26,399 nt of DNA from positions 1-26,399 of the IMG/VR virus record IMGVR_UViG_3300005611_000171; one strand, 5' to 3'. The DNA comes from a virus (taxonomy: Duplodnaviria > Caudoviricetes). Made by a program: the position numbers and the translations under genes. Positions within the stretch are counted from its first letter, which is position 1. Every line of letters begins with the position of its first letter. Below the pieces are notes generated by a model. That model was not told the origin of the DNA. It saw nothing but the letters and a program-made list of their open reading frames with translations, and ran no database searches. Positions 14,372 to 22,674 of this stretch are shown here, piece after piece.

Positions 14372-15253
14372 ATGGCTGCTGACCTCGATCATGCCAGAAT
14401 CGTTGATGCGTTAGGCAACACGCATGAAAGACGGATGCTCGACATACTGCAAACCTTGGAAGAAAGACTTGCGGGCTATATGGTCACTGCGCCAGTACAA
14501 CAGGGCAAGTTGTTCGATCTGGTCTGGGCGGTACAAGCCAGAGCCGACATCGAGCAAATCATGCGTGAAACCTACCTTACGCAAGCAGACCTCAACGTCC
14601 GTGAATACAACCAAGTCGTTGAGTCAGTCGGAGCGATGTTCGAGGAATATCAATCGTTCGTGGGTGTCCCGCCAGAAGTTGTCACGAATCTACAAAGGAT
14701 ATCGTTCCAAGGGTTTCAGGACATTGCTGTCACGTTTTCAGACGAACTCGCAAACGAGGTCTACCAGAATACGCTTGTTGGCCGCCCTGTGGATGAGTCC
14801 ATTAAGAACGTCAGACAAAAGATCAATGGCGTTTATATCCAATCAGATCAGGCGGAAGTGCAGAGGCTTGTGAACATTGCTAACTCTGCATCAGATCAGG
14901 CTGAAGAAGCAGTCCGTCAACTCCATCAGATTTATGCCGCAGATCGCACAGGCCGTAACATGAGACGTTACGCCACACAGATGGTTCATGATTCAGTGAT
15001 GCAGTTCGATGCCTCAATCAATGTCGCTGCAGGTAAAGAAGTCGGTGCTGATCGATGGAAATACTACGGCTCAGTCATTCAGGACAGTCGGCCTTGGTGT
15101 ACTAAACACGCAGGAAAAACATTCACTGAAGATGAAATTCGTAGTTTATGGACTACAAACGAATGGCAAGGTAAAGCACCTGGTGATCCGTTTATTGTTC
15201 GCGGTGGGTATAATTGTCGTCATCATTGGCGGCCAGTATTTGATGCGGAGTAA
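14372..15253 (+). CDS. Minor capsid / head morphogenesis protein (SPP1 gp7 / Mu gpF-like)
   Basis: C-terminal DSRPWC...GGYNCRHHW. Follows the portal gene. Confidence 0.8.
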   Translation: MAADLDHARIVDALGNTHERRMLDILQTLEERLAGYMVTAPVQQGKLFDLVWAVQARADIEQIMRETYLTQADLNVREYNQVVESVGAMFEEYQSFVGVPPEVVTNLQRISFQGFQDIAVTFSDELANEVYQNTLVGRPVDESIKNVRQKINGVYIQSDQAEVQRLVNIANSASDQAEEAVRQLHQIYAADRTGRNMRRYATQMVHDSVMQFDASINVAAGKEVGADRWKYYGSVIQDSRPWCTKHAGKTFTEDEIRSLWTTNEWQGKAPGDPFIVRGGYNCRHHWRPVFDAE

Positions 15254-15255
15254 TT

Positions 15256-15549
15256 ATGAAGAAATATGGCGGTTTGTATTTGAAATTTGATGAAGGCAAG
15301 AAAGTCTGGACATTGCGCGGTCAGATCAAAAAGAACAACAAAACAATTGATGAAGACAGACTTGCTGTATTTGAAACTGACAAAATCGATGACGCTCATC
15401 AACAAGCGACAACCTTGATTGCTGAAAACTATCCTGATGAGACTGCCACGATTAAGTTGCCGAAAGGCATCAAACTTAGCGGAGATGACAATGCCATTAG
15501 CATTAGAGAAGAAGCTGAAGAAGATTTGCAAGCAACGTGGAATGACTAA
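15256..15549 (+). CDS. Hypothetical protein inserted in the head module
   Basis: GGAG RBS, 97 aa, no recognised motif. Confidence 0.5.
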   Translation: MKKYGGLYLKFDEGKKVWTLRGQIKKNNKTIDEDRLAVFETDKIDDAHQQATTLIAENYPDETATIKLPKGIKLSGDDNAISIREEAEEDLQATWND

Positions 15550-15613
15550 GCAACAATGCAACAGTTACGTCTACGGCACTATGCAAAAACAGGGATTGTT
15601 AAAATCCAAATAA
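15491..15613 (+). CDS. Small basic protein (40 aa)
   Basis: MPLALEKKLKKICKQRGMTKQQCNSYVYGTMQKQGLLKSK. GGAG 6 nt upstream of ATG 15491, in frame with track ORF 15419. I recall the YVYGT motif from small phage proteins. Confidence 0.55.
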   Translation: MPLALEKKLKKICKQRGMTKQQCNSYVYGTMQKQGLLKSK

Positions 15614-15641
15614 CCAACCAACTCGAAAGAGGTAACGTCAC

Positions 15642-16313
15642 ATGAGCGATGAAGTCATGGGTAATGAAGGTGTAGAACAAACTGCTGATGCAGTAGAAGC
15701 TACGGAGCAAAGTACAAAAGCATTCTCGCAGGAAGAACTGGACGCTATTGTTGAACAGCGACTCATGCGCGAACGCAAGAAGTACGAAAAGAAGTTAGAA
15801 GGAGTTGACCTCGATGAAGCACGAAGGTTACTCGAAGAAAAGCAGCAAGCGGAAATCGAACGCCAAAAAGAAAAAGGCGAATTCGAAAAAGTCTTACAGC
15901 AACTCGCGGAAAAGAAAGACAGCGAGATAAGCCAGTACAAGACCAAGCTGCAAGAAATCCAAGTTGACGGTGCATTGATTAACGCTGCAAGCCAGAATAA
16001 CGCAGTCAGTCCAGACCAAGTTGTCGCCTTATTAAAGAGCAAGACACGCCTTGGAGAAGACGGTTCTGTCGAGATTTTGGATAATGACGGATCAGTGCGC
16101 TATAATGACTCTGGGACACCAATGCAAGTCAATGATTTGGTATCGGAGTTCCTTACTGCGAATCCACATTTCGTGAAAGCGTCACCTAGTGGCACAGGAT
16201 CGAAAGGTGCAGCAGGTGGCTCTACACAGAAGCCTTCATCTGTGGCTGATATGCTTGCTTCATGGGAAAATGGTGGCAAAGAAGCGTATGCCGCAATGAA
16301 GGGCAAGCGATAA
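15642..16313 (+). CDS. Capsid scaffolding protein
   Basis: Acidic N-terminus, FSQEELDAIVEQRL, coiled coil, NPHF..GTGS.G. Directly before the major capsid protein. Confidence 0.85.
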   Translation: MSDEVMGNEGVEQTADAVEATEQSTKAFSQEELDAIVEQRLMRERKKYEKKLEGVDLDEARRLLEEKQQAEIERQKEKGEFEKVLQQLAEKKDSEISQYKTKLQEIQVDGALINAASQNNAVSPDQVVALLKSKTRLGEDGSVEILDNDGSVRYNDSGTPMQVNDLVSEFLTANPHFVKASPSGTGSKGAAGGSTQKPSSVADMLASWENGGKEAYAAMKGKR

Positions 16314-16350
16314 TCGTTTGTTTTAATCAACTGATGTAAAGGAGCCGAAA

Positions 16351-17187
16351 ATGGCTAATGAAACAACTACCACTACTCTTGACGATCTGTTCGTCAACAT
16401 CGTAGCTCAGGCACGATTCACAGCAGAAGAACAATCTCTGCTCCGTAACCTTGTCACTGTTTACAACATTGACGCGCAACCTGGTGTCACAATCCAAGTA
16501 CCGAAGTATCCTGCTGTTTCTGCTGCAGACCTTACTGAAGGTACGGATATGTCAGCCACTCAAGTATCTACGTCTTCAATTTCTATCACTGTTGCAGAAG
16601 TTGGCGCACAGGTGTTCTTGACTGACATGGCTGCTTTCGGTGCAGGTAATCCTGCTGACGAGTTAGGCACAGTTCTTGGTAACGCAATCGCAACTAAGAT
16701 GGACACAGATGTTATCGGCTTGTTCGATGGCTTCTCAGATTCTTTAGGCGGGACTACTACTGAGTTGACTGCTGCATACTTGTTCCAAGCTGCCGCGAAA
16801 CTCCGCGCTGCCAAAGCACCAGGACGTTTGGTTGGTGTATTCCACCCATACCAGACCTATGCTTTGAAGGCTAACCTCACTAACACATTCGCTAATCCGA
16901 ATGGTGGTGATCTTCAGAACGAAGCAATGCGTTCAGGATATGTAGGTACTATTGCAGGTATCGACATCTTTGAATCTGCCAACGTTACTGTTGACGGTTC
17001 AGGTGACGCTAAGGGCTGTGTCTTTGCTCCAGAAGCAATGGCAATGGCTATGAAGCGTGACTTCAACCTTGAGCCAGAGCGTGACGCATCTAACCGTGGT
17101 TTCGAGCTAAACGCTACTGCCATCTATGGCGTAGGCGAGTTAGACGATGCTTACGGTGTCGAGATGTACTTTGACGCAGGACTCTAG
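16351..17187 (+). CDS. Major capsid protein
   Basis: 278 aa with TIQVPKY, LTEGTD, LGNAIATKMD, VFHP, GTIAGIDIFES, ERDAS, YGVGEL. Strong RBS and a downstream terminator. Confidence 0.9.
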   Translation: MANETTTTTLDDLFVNIVAQARFTAEEQSLLRNLVTVYNIDAQPGVTIQVPKYPAVSAADLTEGTDMSATQVSTSSISITVAEVGAQVFLTDMAAFGAGNPADELGTVLGNAIATKMDTDVIGLFDGFSDSLGGTTTELTAAYLFQAAAKLRAAKAPGRLVGVFHPYQTYALKANLTNTFANPNGGDLQNEAMRSGYVGTIAGIDIFESANVTVDGSGDAKGCVFAPEAMAMAMKRDFNLEPERDASNRGFELNATAIYGVGELDDAYGVEMYFDAGL

Positions 17188-17196
17188 GGTCTGACT

Positions 17197-17229
17197 AGAG
17201 CCGCCCTACGGGGCGGTTCTTTCTAATTT
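17197..17229 (+). terminator. Intrinsic terminator after the major capsid gene
   Basis: AGAGCCGCCC-TACG-GGGCGGTTCT (UNCG loop) followed by TTCTAATTT. Confidence 0.8.
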
Positions 17230-17242
17230 CTGCGAGGTGATT

Positions 17243-17656
17243 ATGGCGTTTTCTAGTGACTCAGATTTAGTTCTTATCGTTCCCGACATCCTTGATCTAG
17301 GCATTGAGTCATTTGCTGACGAACACGCTAAGGCAGAAGCCGATATTAAGCGTGAGATTCGTTATAAGTGGTGGCCTCGCACTAACTACAAAGGCGAGAT
17401 GGACGAGTCATTGCTGACAGAGACGCAATGGACACGCGCTAACGCATATCTAGTCTTGTGGAAGTATGCACTACCTCAGTTGACCAACTGGGTAGACGGG
17501 GATCGATTCCGCGAAATGATTTCTTTCTACCGCGATCTATTCGGTCAGGAAATGGAGTCAATCTTCAAAGATGGTGTTGAATACGACTTTGATGAAGATG
17601 GCATCATTCAAGACGATGAGAAAGACTTGGTTGTGTCTGGGCGATTGATGCGATGA
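17243..17656 (+). CDS. Putative head-tail adaptor
   Basis: Position after the capsid gene, size, and GAGGTGA RBS before ATG 17243. Confidence 0.65.
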   Translation: MAFSSDSDLVLIVPDILDLGIESFADEHAKAEADIKREIRYKWWPRTNYKGEMDESLLTETQWTRANAYLVLWKYALPQLTNWVDGDRFREMISFYRDLFGQEMESIFKDGVEYDFDEDGIIQDDEKDLVVSGRLMR

Positions 17657-18114
17657 AAGTTGACGTTCGCATTGATGCGAAACGCCTACAGACTTATATC
17701 AAGCGAGCCATTAAAGATATGCCTCAAGAGATTGATCGCGCCTTGTATAAGACAGGTCAGCAAGGGGTAAATGTCATCCTTGATCGTACTGAAAAAGGTA
17801 CGGGTACAGATGGCGCATTCAAAAGGTACACTCCTGCTTACGCAACGATCAAAGCTGAAGGTTGGCCTGGTACGAAGACTCGCAGAGCATTCGGAGGTGA
17901 CCCATCTGGCATTGTGAACTTGATGGTGACTGGAGAGATGCTAGGTTCAATGACCGCAACTAAGCCAAAGAATCATCGCACGAGAATCACTTTTTTACGA
18001 TCTAGTGAGGCAAAAAAGGCTTTCTGGAATAACCGTCAGCGCAAGTTTTTTGAGTTCAATCAAAAAGAAGTGAACAAATTAGGCGGATTCTTTCGCAAGG
18101 AATTATTTAAATGA
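17653..18114 (+). CDS. Putative neck / virion morphogenesis protein
   Basis: Basic. G...DG.F..Y...Y, VNL.VTG.ML and R.FF motifs; synteny. Confidence 0.65.
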   Translation: MKVDVRIDAKRLQTYIKRAIKDMPQEIDRALYKTGQQGVNVILDRTEKGTGTDGAFKRYTPAYATIKAEGWPGTKTRRAFGGDPSGIVNLMVTGEMLGSMTATKPKNHRTRITFLRSSEAKKAFWNNRQRKFFEFNQKEVNKLGGFFRKELFK

Positions 18115-18545
18115 GCAAGCGTGAAAGCATAGCAAGTAACATTGTGACAACACTTCAAGGAGCGACAACTCCTGTTGCTGCTAAGTTGGTGACACGCGAG
18201 CCGTTTGACTTCACTGAGTTATCTAACACGCAATTCCCTGCAATTTTGATTCAGACAACAACTGAAGACAGAGCCGATGCAACCATTGGCGATTCGCAGA
18301 TCACCAGAGAATCTACAATCAGTTATCAGTTAGTCGGTTATGTAAAATCCACAACTATCGACACAGCCAGAAACCAATTGATAGAGATGATTGAAGAAGC
18401 ATTGGATACAGATAGAACACGAGGTGGCTTTGCTTTAGATACGCAAATCACTTCTATCGAGACTGACGAAGGCTCAATTAGCCCCGTTGGTGGGATTATC
18501 GTGACTGTCGAGGTCATGTATAATTTTACTAGAGGCACAACTTGA
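18111..18545 (+). CDS. Putative tail terminator / completion protein
   Basis: SKRESI, FPAILI, IEEALD.DRTRGG. Directly before the tail tube gene. Confidence 0.65.
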   Translation: MSKRESIASNIVTTLQGATTPVAAKLVTREPFDFTELSNTQFPAILIQTTTEDRADATIGDSQITRESTISYQLVGYVKSTTIDTARNQLIEMIEEALDTDRTRGGFALDTQITSIETDEGSISPVGGIIVTVEVMYNFTRGTT

Positions 18546-18592
18546 GCCTCACGAAACGCCTAACGGCACACTAAGCCAAAGGAGATATTCAA

Positions 18593-19000
18593 ATGGCAAC
18601 ACATACTGGTTCAGAGGGCATCGTGAAGTTCGCCACAAGTGGTGGCTCAGTTGCTCAAGTAGCTGAAGTTCGTTCATACACGTTAGAGCAATCTGCTGAC
18701 ACGATTGAAACAACTTCAATGGGTGACTCAAGCCGCACATATACAAGTGCGCTCAAGACGTTCACTATCTCAATGGATTGCTATTGGGATGAGACAGACA
18801 CCAATGGGCAAGGATCAATTGACGTTTCAACTGAGGTAGACTTTGAACTCTACCCAGAAGGAACAGCGAGTGGAGACACTTACTATTCTGGTTCTGCTAT
18901 TGTGACTTCTGTTTCAACAACGGCATCATTTGATGGGAATGTTGAAGTTTCATTCTCTGCTCAAGGCACTGGTGCTTTGACAGAAACAACTGTTCAATAA
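18593..19000 (+). CDS. Major tail tube protein
   Basis: 135 aa, S/T/G-rich beta protein: G.EG.VK, ADTIETTSMGD, YSGSAIVT, SFSAQGTGAL. Strong RBS. Confidence 0.85.
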   Translation: MATHTGSEGIVKFATSGGSVAQVAEVRSYTLEQSADTIETTSMGDSSRTYTSALKTFTISMDCYWDETDTNGQGSIDVSTEVDFELYPEGTASGDTYYSGSAIVTSVSTTASFDGNVEVSFSAQGTGALTETTVQ

Positions 19001-19008
19001 GGTAATTT

Positions 19009-19350
19009 ATGAGCCTAGGAAAGAAACTAATGGAGCTACGATCTGGGCGCGAACGCAAACAGATTGAAGTTTCCGAATGGGCTGAAATCATTCCGTGTAT
19101 CTATGTGCGTCCTCTGTCAGCAGGGGACGTAGATAAGATTCAGCGAAAGCATAAAGATTTCATTAACAATCCGACTGTCGCTGCTATGGTTGATCTAATC
19201 ATACTGAAGGCAGAAGACGAGAATGGCGATAAGTTATTCTCATTAGAGGATAAGGCTTTTTTGTTGGGTGAAGAATTGAGCGTAATTAGTGCCGTTGCAC
19301 AAGAGATGTTCAATGACGTTACCTCAGCAGAGGCAGCGGAAAAAAACTAA
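19009..19350 (+). CDS. Tail assembly chaperone (gpG-like)
   Basis: Between tail tube and tape measure genes. Ends GAA AAA AAC TAA (EKN*). Confidence 0.85.
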   Translation: MSLGKKLMELRSGRERKQIEVSEWAEIIPCIYVRPLSAGDVDKIQRKHKDFINNPTVAAMVDLIILKAEDENGDKLFSLEDKAFLLGEELSVISAVAQEMFNDVTSAEAAEKN

Positions 19351-19396
19351 GAAACGATCAGTTGAGGTTGAACCTCATTGCCTTGGCTGATCGTTT
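19341..19396 (+). other. Programmed -1 frameshift signal
   Basis: Slippery A AAA AAC (19341-47) followed by a 16-bp stem, 19352-67/19381-96. Confidence 0.8.
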
Positions 19397-19496
19397 ACAC
19401 AAGACCATAGGCGAGATAGAGGAAATCCCTTTATCAGAATTGTACGAATGGATGGCTTATTTTAAGGTGATGGAAGATGGCAGACCAAAAAATTAA
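19347..19496 (+). CDS. -1 frame extension of the tail chaperone (gpT-like part of gpGT)
   Basis: LRNDQLRLNLIALADRLHKTIGEIEEIPLSELYEWMAYFKVMEDGRPKN. No own start codon with RBS. Confidence 0.8.
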   Translation, partial: LRNDQLRLNLIALADRLHKTIGEIEEIPLSELYEWMAYFKVMEDGRPKN

Positions 19497-21075
19497 CATT
19501 ACCCTTGCCGCGATAGATAAGACCAAAGGCGCATTCGGTACAATTACCAGAAGCATTGGGGCAGTCACATCGGCTGTCTTTTCCCTTAAAACAGCTATTG
19601 TCGGTGTTGTCGGTGTTGGCGGTATTGGATTGCTTGTTCGTAACTCCTTGCTTGCTACAGATACTCTGAGCAAAACAGCCAACAAACTAGGCGTAACGAC
19701 AGAGGCTCTGAGCCAGTTGCGGTATGCTGCTGAGTTGTCAGGTGTTGGCATACAAACAACAGACATGGCTGTACAACGATTCACAAGACGATTGTCTGAG
19801 GCGGCTAACGGTACTGGTGAAGCAAAGGCCGCCTTGATTGAGTTAGGCATCAACGCCAGAGAATTGGGGCAAGTACCACTAGAAGAACAGATGATTGAAT
19901 TGTCTAAAGCGTTCGGCAATGTTAAATCAAGTTCTGACCAGGTTCGTCTAGCGTTTAAGTTGTTCGACTCTGAAGGTGTGTCATTCGTCAACATACTCAA
20001 GCAGGGTGAAGATGGCCTGAGGGCAATGTTCAACGAGGCGACTAACCTTGGCGTAGTCATGTCTTCTCAAGCAGCAAAAGGCGTAGAAGAAGCGAACGAT
20101 GCGTTCTTCAGGCTACAGAGTTTGTTTGGCGGAATCATCGATCAGATAGTCGCTGCACTTGCTCCTGCTTTAACTGCGCTTGCTGAGATGTTCCAGACCT
20201 ATCTTGTTGAGGCTATTGGTGAGGCAAACGGATCGATAGAAAAGTTTGGTCAAAATGCCGCTAAATATATCGTAGAAGGTGTCGCGGGAATCCTGGATGT
20301 TCTTGCTCAAGCGATCAAGGGATTTGAAGCCTTTATCAATGCACTAGAAGAAAACCGTGTATGGGGCAAGATTACCAAAGATGCTTTCGGGGGCATGAGA
20401 ACTGATCTGAGTTTATTTGCAGGATCGGTAGAAGATGCAGCCGCTAGAGTTAGAGAATTAGGTTCAGCAATTGGCACAACTACAGCCTCGCAATCAGAAA
20501 ATGTAGATACAGGCGAAAAGCAAATTTCTACAATTGATCGACTGAGAACAGCTTTTGAGAATTTGAAGCAATCCTCTGATGAGATACAGCGCACATTTGA
20601 TTCTGCTGTCAAACGAGCATTTGACGGAACAACCAATGCTCTGGCTGATATGGTCATGGGTGCAAAGTCAGCAAAAGATGCGTTCAAGGACATGGCTCGA
20701 TCTATTGTTGCTGATTTAATTAAGATGCAAATCAAATCGAGCATCACAACGCCATTGTTCAATACAATACAGTCATTCTTGCCAACATCCGGCAAAGCCA
20801 TTGGAGGCTCTGTTCAAGCGGGTCAACCATATATGGTTGGAGAACGTGGCGCAGAAATGTTCATCCCGAATAAGCAAGGCTCAATTGTTCCTGCTGACAA
20901 GATGGGCGGAGGTGGCGATAACGTCACTATCAATATGAATATTTCTACCGGCGTTTCAGCCACTGTGAGGGCAGAATTGATGAGCATGATGCCAATGATC
21001 ACGAATTCAACTAAAAACGCAGTGCTTGACGCTAGAAGACGGGGCGGTGCATTTGCCGCCACATTTGGAGGATAG
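19477..21075 (+). CDS. Tape measure protein
   Basis: 532 aa, Ala/Gly-rich helical. I.L.AIDKT N-terminus, LRYAAELSGV, C-terminal GG.V..G.PYMVGERGAEMFIP. Confidence 0.9.
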   Translation: MADQKINITLAAIDKTKGAFGTITRSIGAVTSAVFSLKTAIVGVVGVGGIGLLVRNSLLATDTLSKTANKLGVTTEALSQLRYAAELSGVGIQTTDMAVQRFTRRLSEAANGTGEAKAALIELGINARELGQVPLEEQMIELSKAFGNVKSSSDQVRLAFKLFDSEGVSFVNILKQGEDGLRAMFNEATNLGVVMSSQAAKGVEEANDAFFRLQSLFGGIIDQIVAALAPALTALAEMFQTYLVEAIGEANGSIEKFGQNAAKYIVEGVAGILDVLAQAIKGFEAFINALEENRVWGKITKDAFGGMRTDLSLFAGSVEDAAARVRELGSAIGTTTASQSENVDTGEKQISTIDRLRTAFENLKQSSDEIQRTFDSAVKRAFDGTTNALADMVMGAKSAKDAFKDMARSIVADLIKMQIKSSITTPLFNTIQSFLPTSGKAIGGSVQAGQPYMVGERGAEMFIPNKQGSIVPADKMGGGGDNVTINMNISTGVSATVRAELMSMMPMITNSTKNAVLDARRRGGAFAATFGG

Positions 21076-21077
21076 AC

Positions 21078-21725
21078 ATGGCTGTTTATGATTTCCCTAC
21101 AAATATAGACATCGCAAGTATTTCTGTATCTGCAAAAAACGCTGTCGGGGTCAACCAAAGTCAGTTTACATATAAACAGCAAGTCTATGAGTATGAAGGG
21201 CAGAATTGGGAGATGACTATCAACTTCCCGCCCATGAAGCTGAACACGGCTGAGGAGTTGATTGGCTTTCTAACAAGGCTCAATGGCAGGTCAAATTTAT
21301 TCAATTTGATTCATCCAGAATCTGTTAGGCAGACTTTAGACACAGACACCAACAATCAGACACTGACAATTGATGCACCAAATAGCAACTTATCTAAATT
21401 GAGACTGACAAAGACTGTCGGTGGTCTTTTTTTTGTTCCGGTTGGGACATGGATTTCAATACCACAAATCAATACAGTAGACGGTCAAACAGTTTATCGG
21501 TTACATAAAGTCACCAATGAGGGTACGGAAACAACTTTATATCAAGAAGTCGATATATGGCCTTACCTAAGAGGCGATATTGATGATTGGGCATCTGACA
21601 CAGTGTTCATGCAACCTAGCGCACTCAAGGGGACATGGAGGCTGAAGTCTAACGTGTTTACTTATGATGTTAATCAGGCTTCACTTTACGGAATGTCAGT
21701 CGCTTGTGAAGGGTACGTGCAATGA
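21078..21725 (+). CDS. Putative distal tail protein
   Basis: First gene after the tape measure. S.FT.KQQV....G..W, FL..LNGR, IWPYLR. Confidence 0.6.
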   Translation: MAVYDFPTNIDIASISVSAKNAVGVNQSQFTYKQQVYEYEGQNWEMTINFPPMKLNTAEELIGFLTRLNGRSNLFNLIHPESVRQTLDTDTNNQTLTIDAPNSNLSKLRLTKTVGGLFFVPVGTWISIPQINTVDGQTVYRLHKVTNEGTETTLYQEVDIWPYLRGDIDDWASDTVFMQPSALKGTWRLKSNVFTYDVNQASLYGMSVACEGYVQ

Positions 21726-22267
21726 GCAGAACTGGTTCGCCTAGCCAATTCAATGAAGAACGAGTTCAAGTTTTTGCGGCAATTGAAGCATTTTTCGATA
21801 GCGGAACTGTGAGAATTTTCACAGGGTCAGGGACGCTCACAATTGACTCAAACGATTACACTGGCTCAGAAAATATCCTTTCAATATCAAGCGTAGAGGA
21901 AACCTCTGACATTAAAGCCACAGGATTGTCGATTGCGTTTTCATCATATTCCGATTCACTAATTACTAAAGCAATCAAAGAGCAGTATCAAAATAGATTG
22001 CTGAATGTTTATTACGGGCATTTCGACAAAAATGCTAGTCCTCAAGTTATACAAACCTACAAAATCTTTTCTGGCAATATCGACACGATTGCCATCAGTG
22101 AAAGTGCAACTGGTGCAACATATACAATTAATGTCGAGAGTAAACTAGCAACCTTAGAAAGGGTGCGCAGTTATCGGTACACGTATGAGGAGCAATTGCG
22201 CGTCCATCGTGATCATTCACTTTACTATCTCAATGATCAACAATTCAAAGAGGTGACTTGGGAATGA
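21722..22267 (+). CDS. Putative tail tip / hub minor tail protein
   Basis: FDSGTVR, YTG, IFSG.ID, VESKL..LER...RYT.EEQ; synteny. Confidence 0.6.
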   Translation: MSRTGSPSQFNEERVQVFAAIEAFFDSGTVRIFTGSGTLTIDSNDYTGSENILSISSVEETSDIKATGLSIAFSSYSDSLITKAIKEQYQNRLLNVYYGHFDKNASPQVIQTYKIFSGNIDTIAISESATGATYTINVESKLATLERVRSYRYTYEEQLRVHRDHSLYYLNDQQFKEVTWE

Positions 22268-22674
22268 GCCGTGTTGCTGGATGGCGAGATGCATTTGATG
22301 ACTTGATCAAGTCAAAGCTCGATCAAAAATTTAAATGGGGTACTGCCGACTGTTTACAGTTTGTGTTTGCTGTTGATAGAGCTATATCTCAGCCATCTAG
22401 ATTTTGTGATGTATCTGAGTATTTAGTCTATGAGACTGAGCGAGAAGCAAAAGAGTTGATGGATGATTGGGGTATGCCTGATGTTGACGCAATTATGGAC
22501 GCAAGACTTGAGCGAGTCCCCGCAAATTTTCTTGCTGTTGGTGATGTAGGGTTGGTCAAGTATCGAACGAAAAATGTGCTGTCAGTATGCGTAGGCAGAA
22601 AGTTTGCACATCCCTGGACAACAGGTCTTGGCTATACAGATCGATCAAAAATAGCTTATGGATGGAGAATTTAG
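22264..22674 (+). CDS. NlpC/P60-like tail-associated protein
   Basis: FKWGTADCLQF motif and GDVGL. ATG 22264 overlaps the upstream stop. Confidence 0.65.
   Translation: MSRVAGWRDAFDDLIKSKLDQKFKWGTADCLQFVFAVDRAISQPSRFCDVSEYLVYETEREAKELMDDWGMPDVDAIMDARLERVPANFLAVGDVGLVKYRTKNVLSVCVGRKFAHPWTTGLGYTDRSKIAYGWRI

Noticed and set aside
15622-15640. CTC-GAAA-GAG mini-hairpin on the scaffold RBS, and GTAACGTCA shared with 3731
   Set aside because: A 3-bp stem and a single 9-mer match are too weak to support without comparative data.
14630-18167. Additional GGAGCGA matches at ~14630 and ~18159
   Set aside because: They lie inside coding regions without a well-spaced start for a credible ORF. A few chance 7-mers are expected in 26 kb.
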